A stretch of DNA of 64,000 bases from an uncultured virus (IMG/VR IMGVR_UViG_3300017763_003471). Lineage: Duplodnaviria > Heunggongvirae > Uroviricota > Caudoviricetes. The translations under genes and the position numbers were made by a program. The notes below the pieces were generated by a model. It was given only the letters and a program-made list of their open reading frames with translations. It did no database searches and was not told the origin of the DNA. Of this stretch, positions 37,906-47,583 are shown in pieces. The stretch spans positions 1-64,000 of IMG/VR virus record IMGVR_UViG_3300017763_003471; one strand, given 5' to 3'. How positions within the stretch are numbered: the stretch's first letter is position 1; each line of letters opens with the position of its first letter.

Positions 37906-37947
37906 TATGTATACATAATAACACGATTCTTGATTCTGTCAAGTTTT
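37892..37947 (-). repeat. 56-bp promoter/leader duplication, copy 2
   Basis: Matches 30179-30234; TTGACA-16-TATTAT with two GANTC. Confidence 0.9.
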
Positions 37948-37983
37948 TGGACCTAATTAATTATCCAATAAAATCAACTATTT

Positions 37984-38364
37984 TTAATCTAATTTGGAAA
38001 TAATGTACTTTTGTTCAACCCAGTCTTGTAATCCAAGCAGTGATATTTCAGCCGCAATAGCTTCCTCATACACTCTAAGACGTTGATTCGTTAGTATATA
38101 TGGACTTTTTAAGTATCTATCAAGCACTAGAATCATCTTACCCGATTGCTCAAGTTTGATAAAATCTCCGTCTTTATTGGTTTGTTTGATTACGTACTCT
38201 TTGAAATGGGATTTTAATATATTAGCACCGAATGATGTTAATCTAAAGTTTTTATTGTTTTCAGAGGAACTAATGAAAATATCGTTGAGGCGGAATTCTT
38301 TGCGGCCTGCTTTTCGACCTTTGGTATGTGCATTAAGATACTTTATCAGTTCATCTTTTAACAC
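37984..38364 (-). CDS. hypothetical phage protein
   Basis: 126-aa ORF, GTG start overlapping the upstream stop. Confidence 0.7.
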   Translation of the reverse strand: MLKDELIKYLNAHTKGRKAGRKEFRLNDIFISSSENNKNFRLTSFGANILKSHFKEYVIKQTNKDGDFIKLEQSGKMILVLDRYLKSPYILTNQRLRVYEEAIAAEISLLGLQDWVEQKYIISKLD

Positions 38365-38654
38365 TAGTCTAACTCTAGTTTCTCGCCTTTGGTCAAAACA
38401 TAAACTTCAAAGTCTTCACAACGGAATAAGCTATTTAATCTTTGTGCCAGGTTGATAGCATGTCCTGGATTAGAGAACGATACTTTCTTATACTTTGGTC
38501 CTGGGAAATTTACTAATGAATTTAAACTACGTAGGTTGATTGCTATTCCTTTGTGAAAAACCGCATACACGGCTTCTGCTTTAAGGACTTGCTCACTTCG
38601 GTAGGTTTTATTATCCGTATGCTCAAGTAGAATAGTTGGTTTAGGTCTTGCCAT
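38364..38654 (-). CDS. conserved jumbo-phage protein
   Basis: MARPKPTILL...PGPKYKKVSFSNPGHAINLAQRLN; late-type GATAAATA at 38682-38689. Confidence 0.8.
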   Translation of the reverse strand: MARPKPTILLEHTDNKTYRSEQVLKAEAVYAVFHKGIAINLRSLNSLVNFPGPKYKKVSFSNPGHAINLAQRLNSLFRCEDFEVYVLTKGEKLELD

Positions 38655-38725
38655 ATGAATTCCTTGTTATTTTACTACTTGTATTTATCTAAATTTAATG
38701 ATAAATGTTCGTAGTTAACTTATAT

Positions 38726-39997
38726 TTATCTTGCTTTGTTTCTTTGGTCAAGCCATGACTGTAATTGAGCCGGATCCTTTTCATTAAGTATAAAACTAAA
38801 TTCAAGTTCTTCATACCCTGTAAATTCATCACCACGTTTTACTTTAATTGTCATTGTGTCACCAGGAAATGCATGTAATCCTGCTTCGATGATATTCATA
38901 GGTCCGTATACTTCTTTACCATTAATCTCTAAAAAGATGTCACCTTGTTGTACTCCGGCTTCCCATATGGGACTATCTTCATCTATGCCTTCTAAATCAA
39001 CATACATCATCTTTCTATCTTTACGAGGTAAGTCTAGTATCTCTTTATCTTTTAATTCATCATATGTCCATATCTTAAATGAAAATGGTAATTCAGCATA
39101 AGGAACCCATGATACAGGTTCTTCTTCTGTCCAATTGTCTAATATGTAATTAAGAGACCTTTGTGAAATTTCTGATTGTACTGCTAATCCTACACCATCC
39201 CATCCAGGTGTTTGTCTTCCTGGAGATAGAATACTAAGTATAACACCAGCTACTTTTCCGTCCATAGTTAATACTGGACCACCACTGTTACCTTGATTGA
39301 CAACTGCATCTACTTGTAGATGTAATGTATATGGACCTGTACCAAATCTGTTTGTATAACTAATGCTACCTACTGTCGCAGTATAAGGTAAAGACATTCC
39401 ATGACCAATAACTACTATTGGATCACCTTCAGTTATATCTAATCTTGAATCTTTGATAAACTCTAGTGCTTCCCAAGGTTCATCATCTACCTTTTCTACT
39501 CTCAGAACCGCAATATCGGCTACTGGATCAAAGCCTACAATCTCTGCTTCATACGGCCACCATTCTGTAGCAGTATTAATTTCTAACTTAATATTGAGTG
39601 GTAATGCTATTTTTCTTTCTATTACGTGAAAGTTTGTTACAATATATCCATGTGTATCTGTTACTTTAGCAAAGAAACCTGTCCCTTGACCACCTAGATT
39701 GTTAACAAAGGCATCATCGCCCGGTACCATTTTTACTTGTACAACTTGCTTATAACTCTCATGGATAACATGCTTGATATCACGTTCGCCATCAAATCCT
39801 TTACCATTGAATACCCAACCATTCAAATCATATATAAAATTACCAGGACCTTCGCCGACGTTTTCAAATGTCCAACCGATGCCCTCATGTATCTTCTCTT
39901 GTATTTCTCTTACATATGAGTTAGCCACAAATGATAATATCACTGCAACTGAGATAATCCCTGTCCACTTCAACGCCTTCTTAATCATACGAATCAT
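38726..39997 (-). CDS. HtrA/DegP-like serine protease with PDZ domain and N-terminal anchor
   Basis: TNFHV, DIAVL, QVDAVVNQGNSGGP triad; C-terminal AGVQQGDIFLEING. Confidence 0.9.
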   Translation of the reverse strand: MIRMIKKALKWTGIISVAVILSFVANSYVREIQEKIHEGIGWTFENVGEGPGNFIYDLNGWVFNGKGFDGERDIKHVIHESYKQVVQVKMVPGDDAFVNNLGGQGTGFFAKVTDTHGYIVTNFHVIERKIALPLNIKLEINTATEWWPYEAEIVGFDPVADIAVLRVEKVDDEPWEALEFIKDSRLDITEGDPIVVIGHGMSLPYTATVGSISYTNRFGTGPYTLHLQVDAVVNQGNSGGPVLTMDGKVAGVILSILSPGRQTPGWDGVGLAVQSEISQRSLNYILDNWTEEEPVSWVPYAELPFSFKIWTYDELKDKEILDLPRKDRKMMYVDLEGIDEDSPIWEAGVQQGDIFLEINGKEVYGPMNIIEAGLHAFPGDTMTIKVKRGDEFTGYEELEFSFILNEKDPAQLQSWLDQRNKAR

Positions 39998-40010
39998 TCA
40001 GATTCTCCTT

Positions 40011-40199
40011 TTATGATTGGAATTTGCCTCCGTCGAGTACCTGGTCCTTGTCTTTATCACTTTCTTTTAGTTCAAGTAGTAAAGTTGCTAGTTCATTTTC
40101 AATGCCTTTTGCCTGTTCGATTGACAAACGGATACTTGTGTCGCCTCTTAAATTTGCTCGATTTATGATAGCGATTAAATCCTTTAAATTTTTATACAT
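40011..40199 (-). CDS. hypothetical phage protein
   Basis: 62 aa, coupled, ends LDGGKF. Confidence 0.7.
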   Translation of the reverse strand: MYKNLKDLIAIINRANLRGDTSIRLSIEQAKGIENELATLLLELKESDKDKDQVLDGGKFQS

Positions 40200-40693
40200 T
40201 AATCTTGTTTACTAGCTTTTAGTACCTCTGCTTCAAGTTCTGTCTTAGTCTTGAATGGACCGACGAATTCATAATTATCCAATGTTTCTAATTTGACACA
40301 ATACGTATTACGCCAAACGCCACTAAAATGTAGGCCATAATAGCCAGCGGCATAATATGTTTTGCTTGTATCACTCTTTGTGTAAACAGGTATTTGTTTT
40401 CCAGATTTCTCTTCCATACCTGAGTTACAAGCCTTGTGTTTGCACGGATAACCATTAACTTCGTCAAGTGCCTTTCCGTATTCTACACTGTCTATTTTAT
40501 TGACAAGTTTCGGTGTTAAGATGGCCTTACCATACTTTGTTGTGAGAGCATCAAGGTCTAGGTAGTCAACACCTTTACTCCTCATGATTACTTCAAAGTT
40601 AGAAGTACTATCTTCTTTTCTGATAGTGCCGAGTTTAACTCCAGCATCTTCCAGTATCCAAAACTTGTCTTTTATAATTTCTGTTGTATACAT
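40199..40693 (-). CDS. conserved hypothetical phage protein
   Basis: KFWIL...PVYTKS..SKTYYAAGYY...GPFKT; late-type GATAAATA at 40740-40747. Confidence 0.75.
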   Translation of the reverse strand: MYTTEIIKDKFWILEDAGVKLGTIRKEDSTSNFEVIMRSKGVDYLDLDALTTKYGKAILTPKLVNKIDSVEYGKALDEVNGYPCKHKACNSGMEEKSGKQIPVYTKSDTSKTYYAAGYYGLHFSGVWRNTYCVKLETLDNYEFVGPFKTKTELEAEVLKASKQD

Positions 40694-40803
40694 TTAATAC
40701 CCATTGAAACCATTTGCACGAATTAACTTCGTACAAATGTATTTATCCTTTCTTGTCGGTCTTTTCCACGGTGTCAAAAAAGTTACGTAATGTAAATTTG
40801 ACA

Positions 40804-41778
40804 CTAAGACTTTTCAATTATTTGACGTTCAAACTCACGCAAACGTTTAAACACACTCATTAACTCAATAAGAGTAGGCCATGCTTTAAATAGATATTGA
40901 AGTGAACCTTCTACTCTACCGAATGCACGAATAATCTGTTGCATGACACCTAATGTCACAACCCCTGCCACAATCGCAGGTGCTAAGAACACATAGGCAC
41001 TTAATACGTTTGCTTGTAGATATGTAATACGACCTACATTAAAATACAAATAACGCAAATAAGATTTAAAATGAATTGCCCGAACGCCTTCAAACAGTTC
41101 ATTAATTGTTTTCGGTCTAACGTTACCATCATCTTCTGCAATAACTAATATCTTTCGATATGCGGCTTCTTTCTTTTGTAAGTCATATTCAACTCCTACT
41201 AGACGTAGCAACCAACCTAACCCAATTAAGAATAAAGTACCACCTACTGACCAAACAATAGCACCTGTAATCAATCCGTATTGCCAATCCCCAAAGAAGA
41301 AGATAGGAATACCTACTGATAAACCAAATAGAATAGGAACAAACTGTACTAGAACCATAATTGATTCAATGAAACTTGTACCTAATCCTTCCATGATACG
41401 TGAAAATTTAATCGTATCTTCTTGCACCCTTTGTGCGGCACCTTCAATAGTTCTTGCTTTATCATATACACTATGATACCAATCTACCATTGCAGTACGC
41501 CATCTAAATAAAAAGTGTGCAGTAAAGAAACTCACTGCTACTGCAATAGCAACATATATCATTGCTAGATATATAAAAGTTCCTAAACTAGCCCAATACT
41601 CACCAATAGTGATAGCATTGGGTGTTGCTAAGGCTTTTTGAATCATATCATAAAACTGACCAAACCATTCGTTAATCTTAACATCAATCTCAACTTGTAT
41701 CCAGAGTGATGATAGGATTAATGCTGACCCTAACCAAGACCATAAGGCCCATTCTTTCTGTGTAAAAAATCTAAACAT
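40804..41778 (-). CDS. sbmA: SbmA/BacA-family peptide transporter
   Basis: INEWFGQFYDMIQKAL, FRWRTAM, IEGAAQRVQEDT, EAAYRK, RAFGRVEGSLQYL..W..LIELMSVFKRL. Confidence 0.9.
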   Translation of the reverse strand: MFRFFTQKEWALWSWLGSALILSSLWIQVEIDVKINEWFGQFYDMIQKALATPNAITIGEYWASLGTFIYLAMIYVAIAVAVSFFTAHFLFRWRTAMVDWYHSVYDKARTIEGAAQRVQEDTIKFSRIMEGLGTSFIESIMVLVQFVPILFGLSVGIPIFFFGDWQYGLITGAIVWSVGGTLFLIGLGWLLRLVGVEYDLQKKEAAYRKILVIAEDDGNVRPKTINELFEGVRAIHFKSYLRYLYFNVGRITYLQANVLSAYVFLAPAIVAGVVTLGVMQQIIRAFGRVEGSLQYLFKAWPTLIELMSVFKRLREFERQIIEKS

Positions 41779-41788
41779 ATGTAACTCC

Positions 41789-42865
41789 TTATTCTACCTT
41801 TACCTTTATATTATTATTCTTATAATAATTTAAGATAAAGTCCTTACATTCTTCTTGGGTACTATCAAATTTCATTCCAGAATCTTTTATTACCCTTATA
41901 TTATCTTGTTGCCAGCTATGTACTAAGTCTGACTTTATGTTAAACCCTGTCACTTTTTCAACAATATTAAAAGGGTCTTCGCTAAAACCAAATAACCATT
42001 CTGTTGCGTTAATAAAGTTTTGTAGTCTATTTAGTTTCCATTCAAATACGCCACCAAAGTCTTTATCAGTTCTTTTATGTAGTCTAAATTCTGATACTTT
42101 TATATCTGAATGAGTTCCCATAAATGTATCAACTATATCTTCAAAAGAACCGTCAATGTCTTCGTTGTTATAAAATTTATTTTTATTTCTAAGTGCTTGT
42201 TCTAATTGCCAATGATAGTATATGCCTGTTCCTGAGTCATATCTCTTTTTAAACCATTCAAACATTTTATCACCTAATCTCTCTTTGACTCTATCTTGTT
42301 CAAAATTATCCATGGCTTTAAGATGTCTTCTCAAAAACATTCTAACTGAAACTATTCCACTTTGTGTAGCAGGATACATCCATAAACTTTTCATTCCTTC
42401 AAACTGTTCATAATCTCTTTTAGCATAATGTGTTCTTACAATTAATGAGGCTGTACATCTATGCTCTCTAGCAATTTTAATCTTATCTACATGTTTAGGA
42501 AAACGTAACACCCGTGTTGCATCGCCATTAAGATGGTCTAAATGTCTTTTAATATCAAATCTAAAATAATCCCATAATTTAATATTCATTCCCCAAGTGC
42601 TTATGCTATGTAAATCTGTATCATAATGACCTTTTAAAAGAAAAGGTTCTGAATAGTCATAGATATGAGGTGTAGCATACTGACTTCCTATGCTATCTTT
42701 TATTTCGTAATTTGTTAGTGTGGGTTTTTCAAATGGTGCACCAGCTTTATCGGCAATTAGTTCTGTAAGATATTCACCACCACAGCCACCAGAGTAATCT
42801 AAATGATATAGGTTACTCCAATCAGTACCATTTAATGTTAGCCTATCCTGCACAATAAGTCCCAT
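41789..42865 (-). CDS. hypothetical protein, possible sulfotransferase-like fold
   Basis: 358-aa ORF; DYSGGCGGEYL loop is only suggestive. Confidence 0.6.
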   Translation of the reverse strand: MGLIVQDRLTLNGTDWSNLYHLDYSGGCGGEYLTELIADKAGAPFEKPTLTNYEIKDSIGSQYATPHIYDYSEPFLLKGHYDTDLHSISTWGMNIKLWDYFRFDIKRHLDHLNGDATRVLRFPKHVDKIKIAREHRCTASLIVRTHYAKRDYEQFEGMKSLWMYPATQSGIVSVRMFLRRHLKAMDNFEQDRVKERLGDKMFEWFKKRYDSGTGIYYHWQLEQALRNKNKFYNNEDIDGSFEDIVDTFMGTHSDIKVSEFRLHKRTDKDFGGVFEWKLNRLQNFINATEWLFGFSEDPFNIVEKVTGFNIKSDLVHSWQQDNIRVIKDSGMKFDSTQEECKDFILNYYKNNNIKVKVE

Positions 42866-43548
42866 GTGTCTGCATAGTCTTCAACTTGATAACTCTGACC
42901 ATTTTCTAGTTTCTTTACTGCTTCTGAAATGTCATAATCATTTCCGCCTTCCATAGTCTTATCACCTACAAAGATGATATTATCTGACTCATTAAAGTCA
43001 TTAATGATTTGTTGTTTTCCCTTACCTATAGGCATAATATCTAAACCAGTTTCACCAGCGACCTGGGCTACTACATTCTCGTTTCTAAAATTTTCATTGA
43101 ATTCTTTTGCTATAATCCATCGTTCTTTTGTTTCGGTATCATACTTAACATATTCTTCTCTTTGTTTAGTATCAGCACCTCTACCAATTATACTAAAGTT
43201 TAGTAAGCCTGGTCTTGCATCAAAATGTGTACCAGTTCTTAATGGAAATTTACTTTCATCAAGTTGCCTTTGCAGAAATATCTTTGGAACAGGAGGCAAC
43301 ACCCAATCATTATTATAGATGTTATTACCTTTTTCCCAAACTGAATTACCACTACAGTTATAAACTTTGATAACTGAGTTAAATAATGGTTGTCCGATTT
43401 GTTCAATAGTCTTAGGAGCATCACTACCCGTTGCAAGATAAACATTGTTTTCTTCTACAAACTCATTAAAGAAGTTTAAGAAGCCAGTGTCTATCTTACC
43501 TCTACTAGGTGTAAGTGTTCCGTCTACGTCAAATATGTAATGTTTCAT
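42838..43548 (-). CDS. HAD-IIB phosphomannomutase-like enzyme
   Basis: FDVDGTLTPSR, TGSD, R.G.LNFS, GDKTMEGGNDY. Confidence 0.85.
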   Translation of the reverse strand: MKHYIFDVDGTLTPSRGKIDTGFLNFFNEFVEENNVYLATGSDAPKTIEQIGQPLFNSVIKVYNCSGNSVWEKGNNIYNNDWVLPPVPKIFLQRQLDESKFPLRTGTHFDARPGLLNFSIIGRGADTKQREEYVKYDTETKERWIIAKEFNENFRNENVVAQVAGETGLDIMPIGKGKQQIINDFNESDNIIFVGDKTMEGGNDYDISEAVKKLENGQSYQVEDYADTWDLLCRIG

Positions 43549-44546
43549 TGATGTGGATATGCTTTGTTTAAGATAGCCGCCATTTCATCAGGCGCCTTTG
43601 ATAAATTTTGTAAGTCCCATTCGCCACACCATTTTAGAAAGTTAATGCCTACACCTGCTACTTTCTTAGGTTGACTTGCATCTGCAATAGTCTGAACGAA
43701 ATCTACTTTTAATTCTGTTGGTTGTGCAGTTAGATTGATAAGTTTCTCGTTACGTTCATAGTCTTCACGTACTGTATGTTCAACACCGTTATGGTCTGTC
43801 CACTTTTGTAACATGAAGTTATTCCAATTGAATCCACCTGTTTCTTTGTCTTCAAATGCTTCAACCATTCCTGTTTTGTTACGAGATCCTTTCTTACGCA
43901 CACCTGGATATGCACTAAAGATATTATCACTTGTATCACCACGAATACATTTCTCAAACAGTAACCACTCAGGGTCTGGAGCAGGGAGAAGTTCTTTAGT
44001 CTTTTTGTCTTTCATTGGTGTCATGTTCTTATCATCTTTAAAGAACCCTTCTTTAGTAATGATACGATTTTGTACACCATCATAAATCTTTACATTGTCT
44101 TGTATTAGTTGCATGTAATCGCTATCACTTGATACAATAATATGTTCATCATCTGGATGTGATTCAATAAACAAAGCAATCATATCATCTGCTTCTGCTT
44201 GTTTATTGTGCAACATAGTTACATTAGTTTTATTATTTAAGAATTCAACCATGCTATCATATGCATCAAACATGATTTGATTTTCTTCTTGTTCACGTAC
44301 TGACAAAGCCTCACGTGCAATCTTACGATTTGCTTTATAAGGTTCATAAAAGTCTTTACGCCAACTACGTCCTTCTAAACAAAATACTGCATGGTCGGCA
44401 TTGAACTTGTTATAACACATTTTGACACTACTCATCATAATGTGAAAAGCCATACCGATTTTCATATCGACATTCGCACCACGCATTGCTACGTGTTTTG
44501 CTCTATGATACATGTTGAAACTATCAACAAGAATAAATGTAGCCAT
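43545..44546 (-). CDS. rnh: T4 RNase H-like 5'-3' nuclease
   Basis: LVDS, SWRK..Y..YKANR, EADD, SSDSD, RGDTSDNI. Confidence 0.88.
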   Translation of the reverse strand: MATFILVDSFNMYHRAKHVAMRGANVDMKIGMAFHIMMSSVKMCYNKFNADHAVFCLEGRSWRKDFYEPYKANRKIAREALSVREQEENQIMFDAYDSMVEFLNNKTNVTMLHNKQAEADDMIALFIESHPDDEHIIVSSDSDYMQLIQDNVKIYDGVQNRIITKEGFFKDDKNMTPMKDKKTKELLPAPDPEWLLFEKCIRGDTSDNIFSAYPGVRKKGSRNKTGMVEAFEDKETGGFNWNNFMLQKWTDHNGVEHTVREDYERNEKLINLTAQPTELKVDFVQTIADASQPKKVAGVGINFLKWCGEWDLQNLSKAPDEMAAILNKAYPHQ

Positions 44547-44576
44547 TAATTGATCCTCTTAGTTATATACAGTATT

Positions 44577-44605
44577 AGAATAGCACAGGTTGTTCAGTTT
44601 GTCAA
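44577..44605 (-). promoter_or_regulatory. sigma70-type promoter
   Basis: TTGACA-17 nt-TATTCT. Confidence 0.7.
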
Positions 44606-45066
44606 GAGTATTCGGCAGTATCATCACCGGTTTTTAGTCGTTGAATGATTACACCATCTTTGCTCTTAGTATCAGCAGTTTTTGTTGTACCTTCTTCGTC
44701 TTCAAGGCCTTCCATTACAATGTTTTTACATAAGTCATTGAACCAACTATCTACAATAGCATCGTTGTCTTTTCCTTCGTAACCATTGTCTGCAAGATAC
44801 TCTACAAAGTCTTCGTTAAAGTCAATCTCAAAGAAGCCTGAACCAGGTTTATTCAGTTCAAGTTCCATCTTTAGTACTTTAACCCAAGGTTCACCTTTTA
44901 AAGTTGCTACTTTCTTATCATGGTCATTATTTGTAATATGACCGTATTTTAAATCGACACCAGCTAACGCAATATCACGTTCTTTTTCATCTTTTATCAA
45001 TCTAGCTTGGTCTCTGGCAGTTTCTTCTTCTGACTTAAACCAAGTCTTTGGTTTCATTATATCCAT
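44602..45066 (-). CDS. conserved hypothetical phage protein
   Basis: ATLKGEPWV...GFFEIDFN..FV..L...GY...IVDSWF. Confidence 0.75.
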   Translation of the reverse strand: MDIMKPKTWFKSEEETARDQARLIKDEKERDIALAGVDLKYGHITNNDHDKKVATLKGEPWVKVLKMELELNKPGSGFFEIDFNEDFVEYLADNGYEGKDNDAIVDSWFNDLCKNIVMEGLEDEEGTTKTADTKSKDGVIIQRLKTGDDTAEYS

Positions 45067-45070
45067 GTTG

Positions 45071-45409
45071 TTATCCTTTCAATTCAGGCACAGCCTTTAA
45101 TAATTCGTCAATACCTCCCTCAATATAAATCATATTATTATATCCATTATTTTTGAGATACTTAGTAACTTGTTCTGCCTTAGTGCTATCCTGACATAAC
45201 ATCAAACACACGATATGTGTCGGTGCCATTTCAATTTGGTCAGGTATTTCGTACATTGAAATGTTAAACGTTTGTTTAACTGTACCTGCACTTTGACGTT
45301 CCTCTGTATCTCTGATATCTACAAGAATATAATCTTGTTTTTCATACCATTCATCAACGAATTCTTTAACTGTAATACCTAATGCATCATCATTTGTTTT
45401 ATAAAACAT
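45071..45409 (-). CDS. single-domain rhodanese-like protein
   Basis: LVDIRD..E, LCQDSTKA Cys loop, GYNN..YIEGG. Confidence 0.75.
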   Translation of the reverse strand: MFYKTNDDALGITVKEFVDEWYEKQDYILVDIRDTEERQSAGTVKQTFNISMYEIPDQIEMAPTHIVCLMLCQDSTKAEQVTKYLKNNGYNNMIYIEGGIDELLKAVPELKG

Positions 45410-45412
45410 CTG

Positions 45413-46561
45413 CTAACATCCTTCATTTATTTCAGCTTCTAGTGAATCAGCATCTTCATACTGTACACCGTTCCACCCTACATGTTCCCATGGAACTTTC
45501 TTGTCACCAAAGTGACCATAAACACAATTTTCACTGTACTTATAAAAATTAAATAAATCAAATCTATCAATAATACCTTTAGGTGTCAAGTCGATATTAT
45601 CTCTAATAAACCTTTGAATACTACGATTGTGTCCATTACTATCTACATAAATGCTAGTAGGTTCTTTTACACCAATAGCATATGATAATTGTATCTGACA
45701 CCAATCTGCCATGTTATCTGCTACTACGTTCTTAGCTAACCAACGTGCCATATAAGCCGCTGACCTATCTACTTTCGTAGGATCTTTTCCACTAAAAGCA
45801 CCCCCACCGTGAGGAGCAAAACCACCATAGGTATCCACAATAATTTTTCTTCCTGTAAGTCCTGTATCACCGTCAGGCCCACCGATTTCAAATTTTCCTG
45901 TAGGGTTGTAATGTTTGACTGTATCATTGTCAACTAAATCTCCTAATACTTCGTGTACAATGTTCGATAGAGGCATTCTGATAGAATGTTCGTATTGAGG
46001 ACTATGTTGTGACGAGACCACCACTTGGTCTACACGTTTTACCTTGCCACCTTCATATTGTAAACTTACCTGAGACTTTGAGTCAGGTTGTATGTACTCA
46101 TATCCTTCTTCTACTCTTAAACGTTTCAATGCTTTTAGTAGTTCATGTGCATAATGTATCGGAGCAGGCATCATACTTGATGTTTCATTTGATGCATAAC
46201 CAAACATAAGTCCTTGGTCACCAGCACCGAAATCATCAGTACCTAATCCAATGTCACCACTCTGTGCATGAATTTCATTATAGATTTTTAGTTTATCCCA
46301 ATGAAATCCTACTTGTTCATATCCGATTTCTTTAACTTTGTTACGAACAATCTCTTTTATTTCATCATCGCTCACATTAAAGTTTTTTACTTCGCCCGCC
46401 AACGTAACATGGTTGGTAGTTACAAGTGTCTCAATGGCTACACGTGTTGTTTCATCACCTGCTTTAAGTCCAGCATCAACTAGTGCATCACTAATTTGGT
46501 CTGCTACTTTGTCAGGATGTCCACAACTAACACTTTCGCTTGTAAAAATATAGTTATTCAT
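45413..46561 (-). CDS. metK: S-adenosylmethionine synthetase
   Basis: FTSESV..GHPDK, GAGDQG, GGPDGDTGLTGRKIIVDTYGG, GGGAFSGKDPTKVDRS. Confidence 0.97.
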   Translation of the reverse strand: MNNYIFTSESVSCGHPDKVADQISDALVDAGLKAGDETTRVAIETLVTTNHVTLAGEVKNFNVSDDEIKEIVRNKVKEIGYEQVGFHWDKLKIYNEIHAQSGDIGLGTDDFGAGDQGLMFGYASNETSSMMPAPIHYAHELLKALKRLRVEEGYEYIQPDSKSQVSLQYEGGKVKRVDQVVVSSQHSPQYEHSIRMPLSNIVHEVLGDLVDNDTVKHYNPTGKFEIGGPDGDTGLTGRKIIVDTYGGFAPHGGGAFSGKDPTKVDRSAAYMARWLAKNVVADNMADWCQIQLSYAIGVKEPTSIYVDSNGHNRSIQRFIRDNIDLTPKGIIDRFDLFNFYKYSENCVYGHFGDKKVPWEHVGWNGVQYEDADSLEAEINEGC

Positions 46562-46685
46562 ATTAACTCCTTCTGTCTAGTATCCGGCTTTACGAATACG
46601 TTGTTCAATTCCTTCGACTTCATTCTCATAAGTCTTATCTTCCTCATGCCTAGATGCGGTACCATCGTCATGTTGCATATCATAT

Positions 46686-47582
46686 CTAGGTTCCCCAGGC
46701 ATTCCCGAAAAGGCTGATGTGTAATCTTGGCGTGAACCGCCACCCTTTCTCCATGCAAAGTTCTGCCACATCTTTGATTGTAAGATTATATTCTTCACTT
46801 CTACCACCCAAAGGCATAAGGTATACAGGGCATTCAATACCCACTGCACGATACTCTTTGACGGCTCTATCAGCATCATCAACATCTGTACTATCAGAAA
46901 CAACAAACTTAAAATACATACTAGACCCAGGAACGTTACTGTAATCACTAGCGATATCAGGTTTGATAGCAGTGTCCCAAGGTTCTCCCGAAACTGGGAG
47001 TTTTGGAGAGCAACTAAATGTTGTTTTAAATCTTGCCCTAGTTGAGAGATATTCTTTAAACTCTGGGTATAAACTTTGTGTAGTGTTTGTTTCAAATGTA
47101 ACATTTTTTAAGTCTTGCATCCTTTCGTGTTCAAACAAGTCGATGTACAATCGTTGCCATGCTAACAATGGTTCACCGCCTGTCATAATTAAATGAACGT
47201 CTTGTCCGTTATCTTGAACCCATTTACCATTAGGTGTTAAACTTAATAAATGTTCAACAACTTCATCCACAGTTCTTTGCATATTGAATTTTTTAAATTC
47301 AGGATAGATACTTGCGTATGTATCACAGCCTGTGTGTATGATTGGTAAATCTTCAAATTCTTTTGTTGTTTCGTGTACTCCTTTATCAATTAAATCTTTT
47401 ACTTCGTCATTGTAACGATTGCCCATTTTGTGTTTTTCATCACGCATTGGTTCACTTCTATCTAAACCAAAGTTCATGCATCGAAAGTTACAACCAAAAG
47501 TACGTAAAAATACACTAGGTACTCCTACATATTTGCCTTCACCTTGTACAGAATAGAATGCTTCTGAATATCTCAGTTTCAT
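46686..47582 (-). CDS. queE: 7-carboxy-7-deazaguanine synthase (radical SAM)
   Basis: FYSVQGEG, FLRTFGCNFRC...GCDT, TGGEPL, ETN, SPKL, PRLH. Confidence 0.9.
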   Translation of the reverse strand: MKLRYSEAFYSVQGEGKYVGVPSVFLRTFGCNFRCMNFGLDRSEPMRDEKHKMGNRYNDEVKDLIDKGVHETTKEFEDLPIIHTGCDTYASIYPEFKKFNMQRTVDEVVEHLLSLTPNGKWVQDNGQDVHLIMTGGEPLLAWQRLYIDLFEHERMQDLKNVTFETNTTQSLYPEFKEYLSTRARFKTTFSCSPKLPVSGEPWDTAIKPDIASDYSNVPGSSMYFKFVVSDSTDVDDADRAVKEYRAVGIECPVYLMPLGGRSEEYNLTIKDVAELCMEKGWRFTPRLHISLFGNAWGT

Positions 47583-47583
47583 T

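Noticed and set aside
46577..47104. 175-aa same-strand alternative-frame ORF over queE, and a possible frameshift
   Set aside because: queE is complete in its own frame; no slippery site or motif seen. Only the last ~36 codons (MPGEPRY...) might be a real small gene, and this is unsupported.
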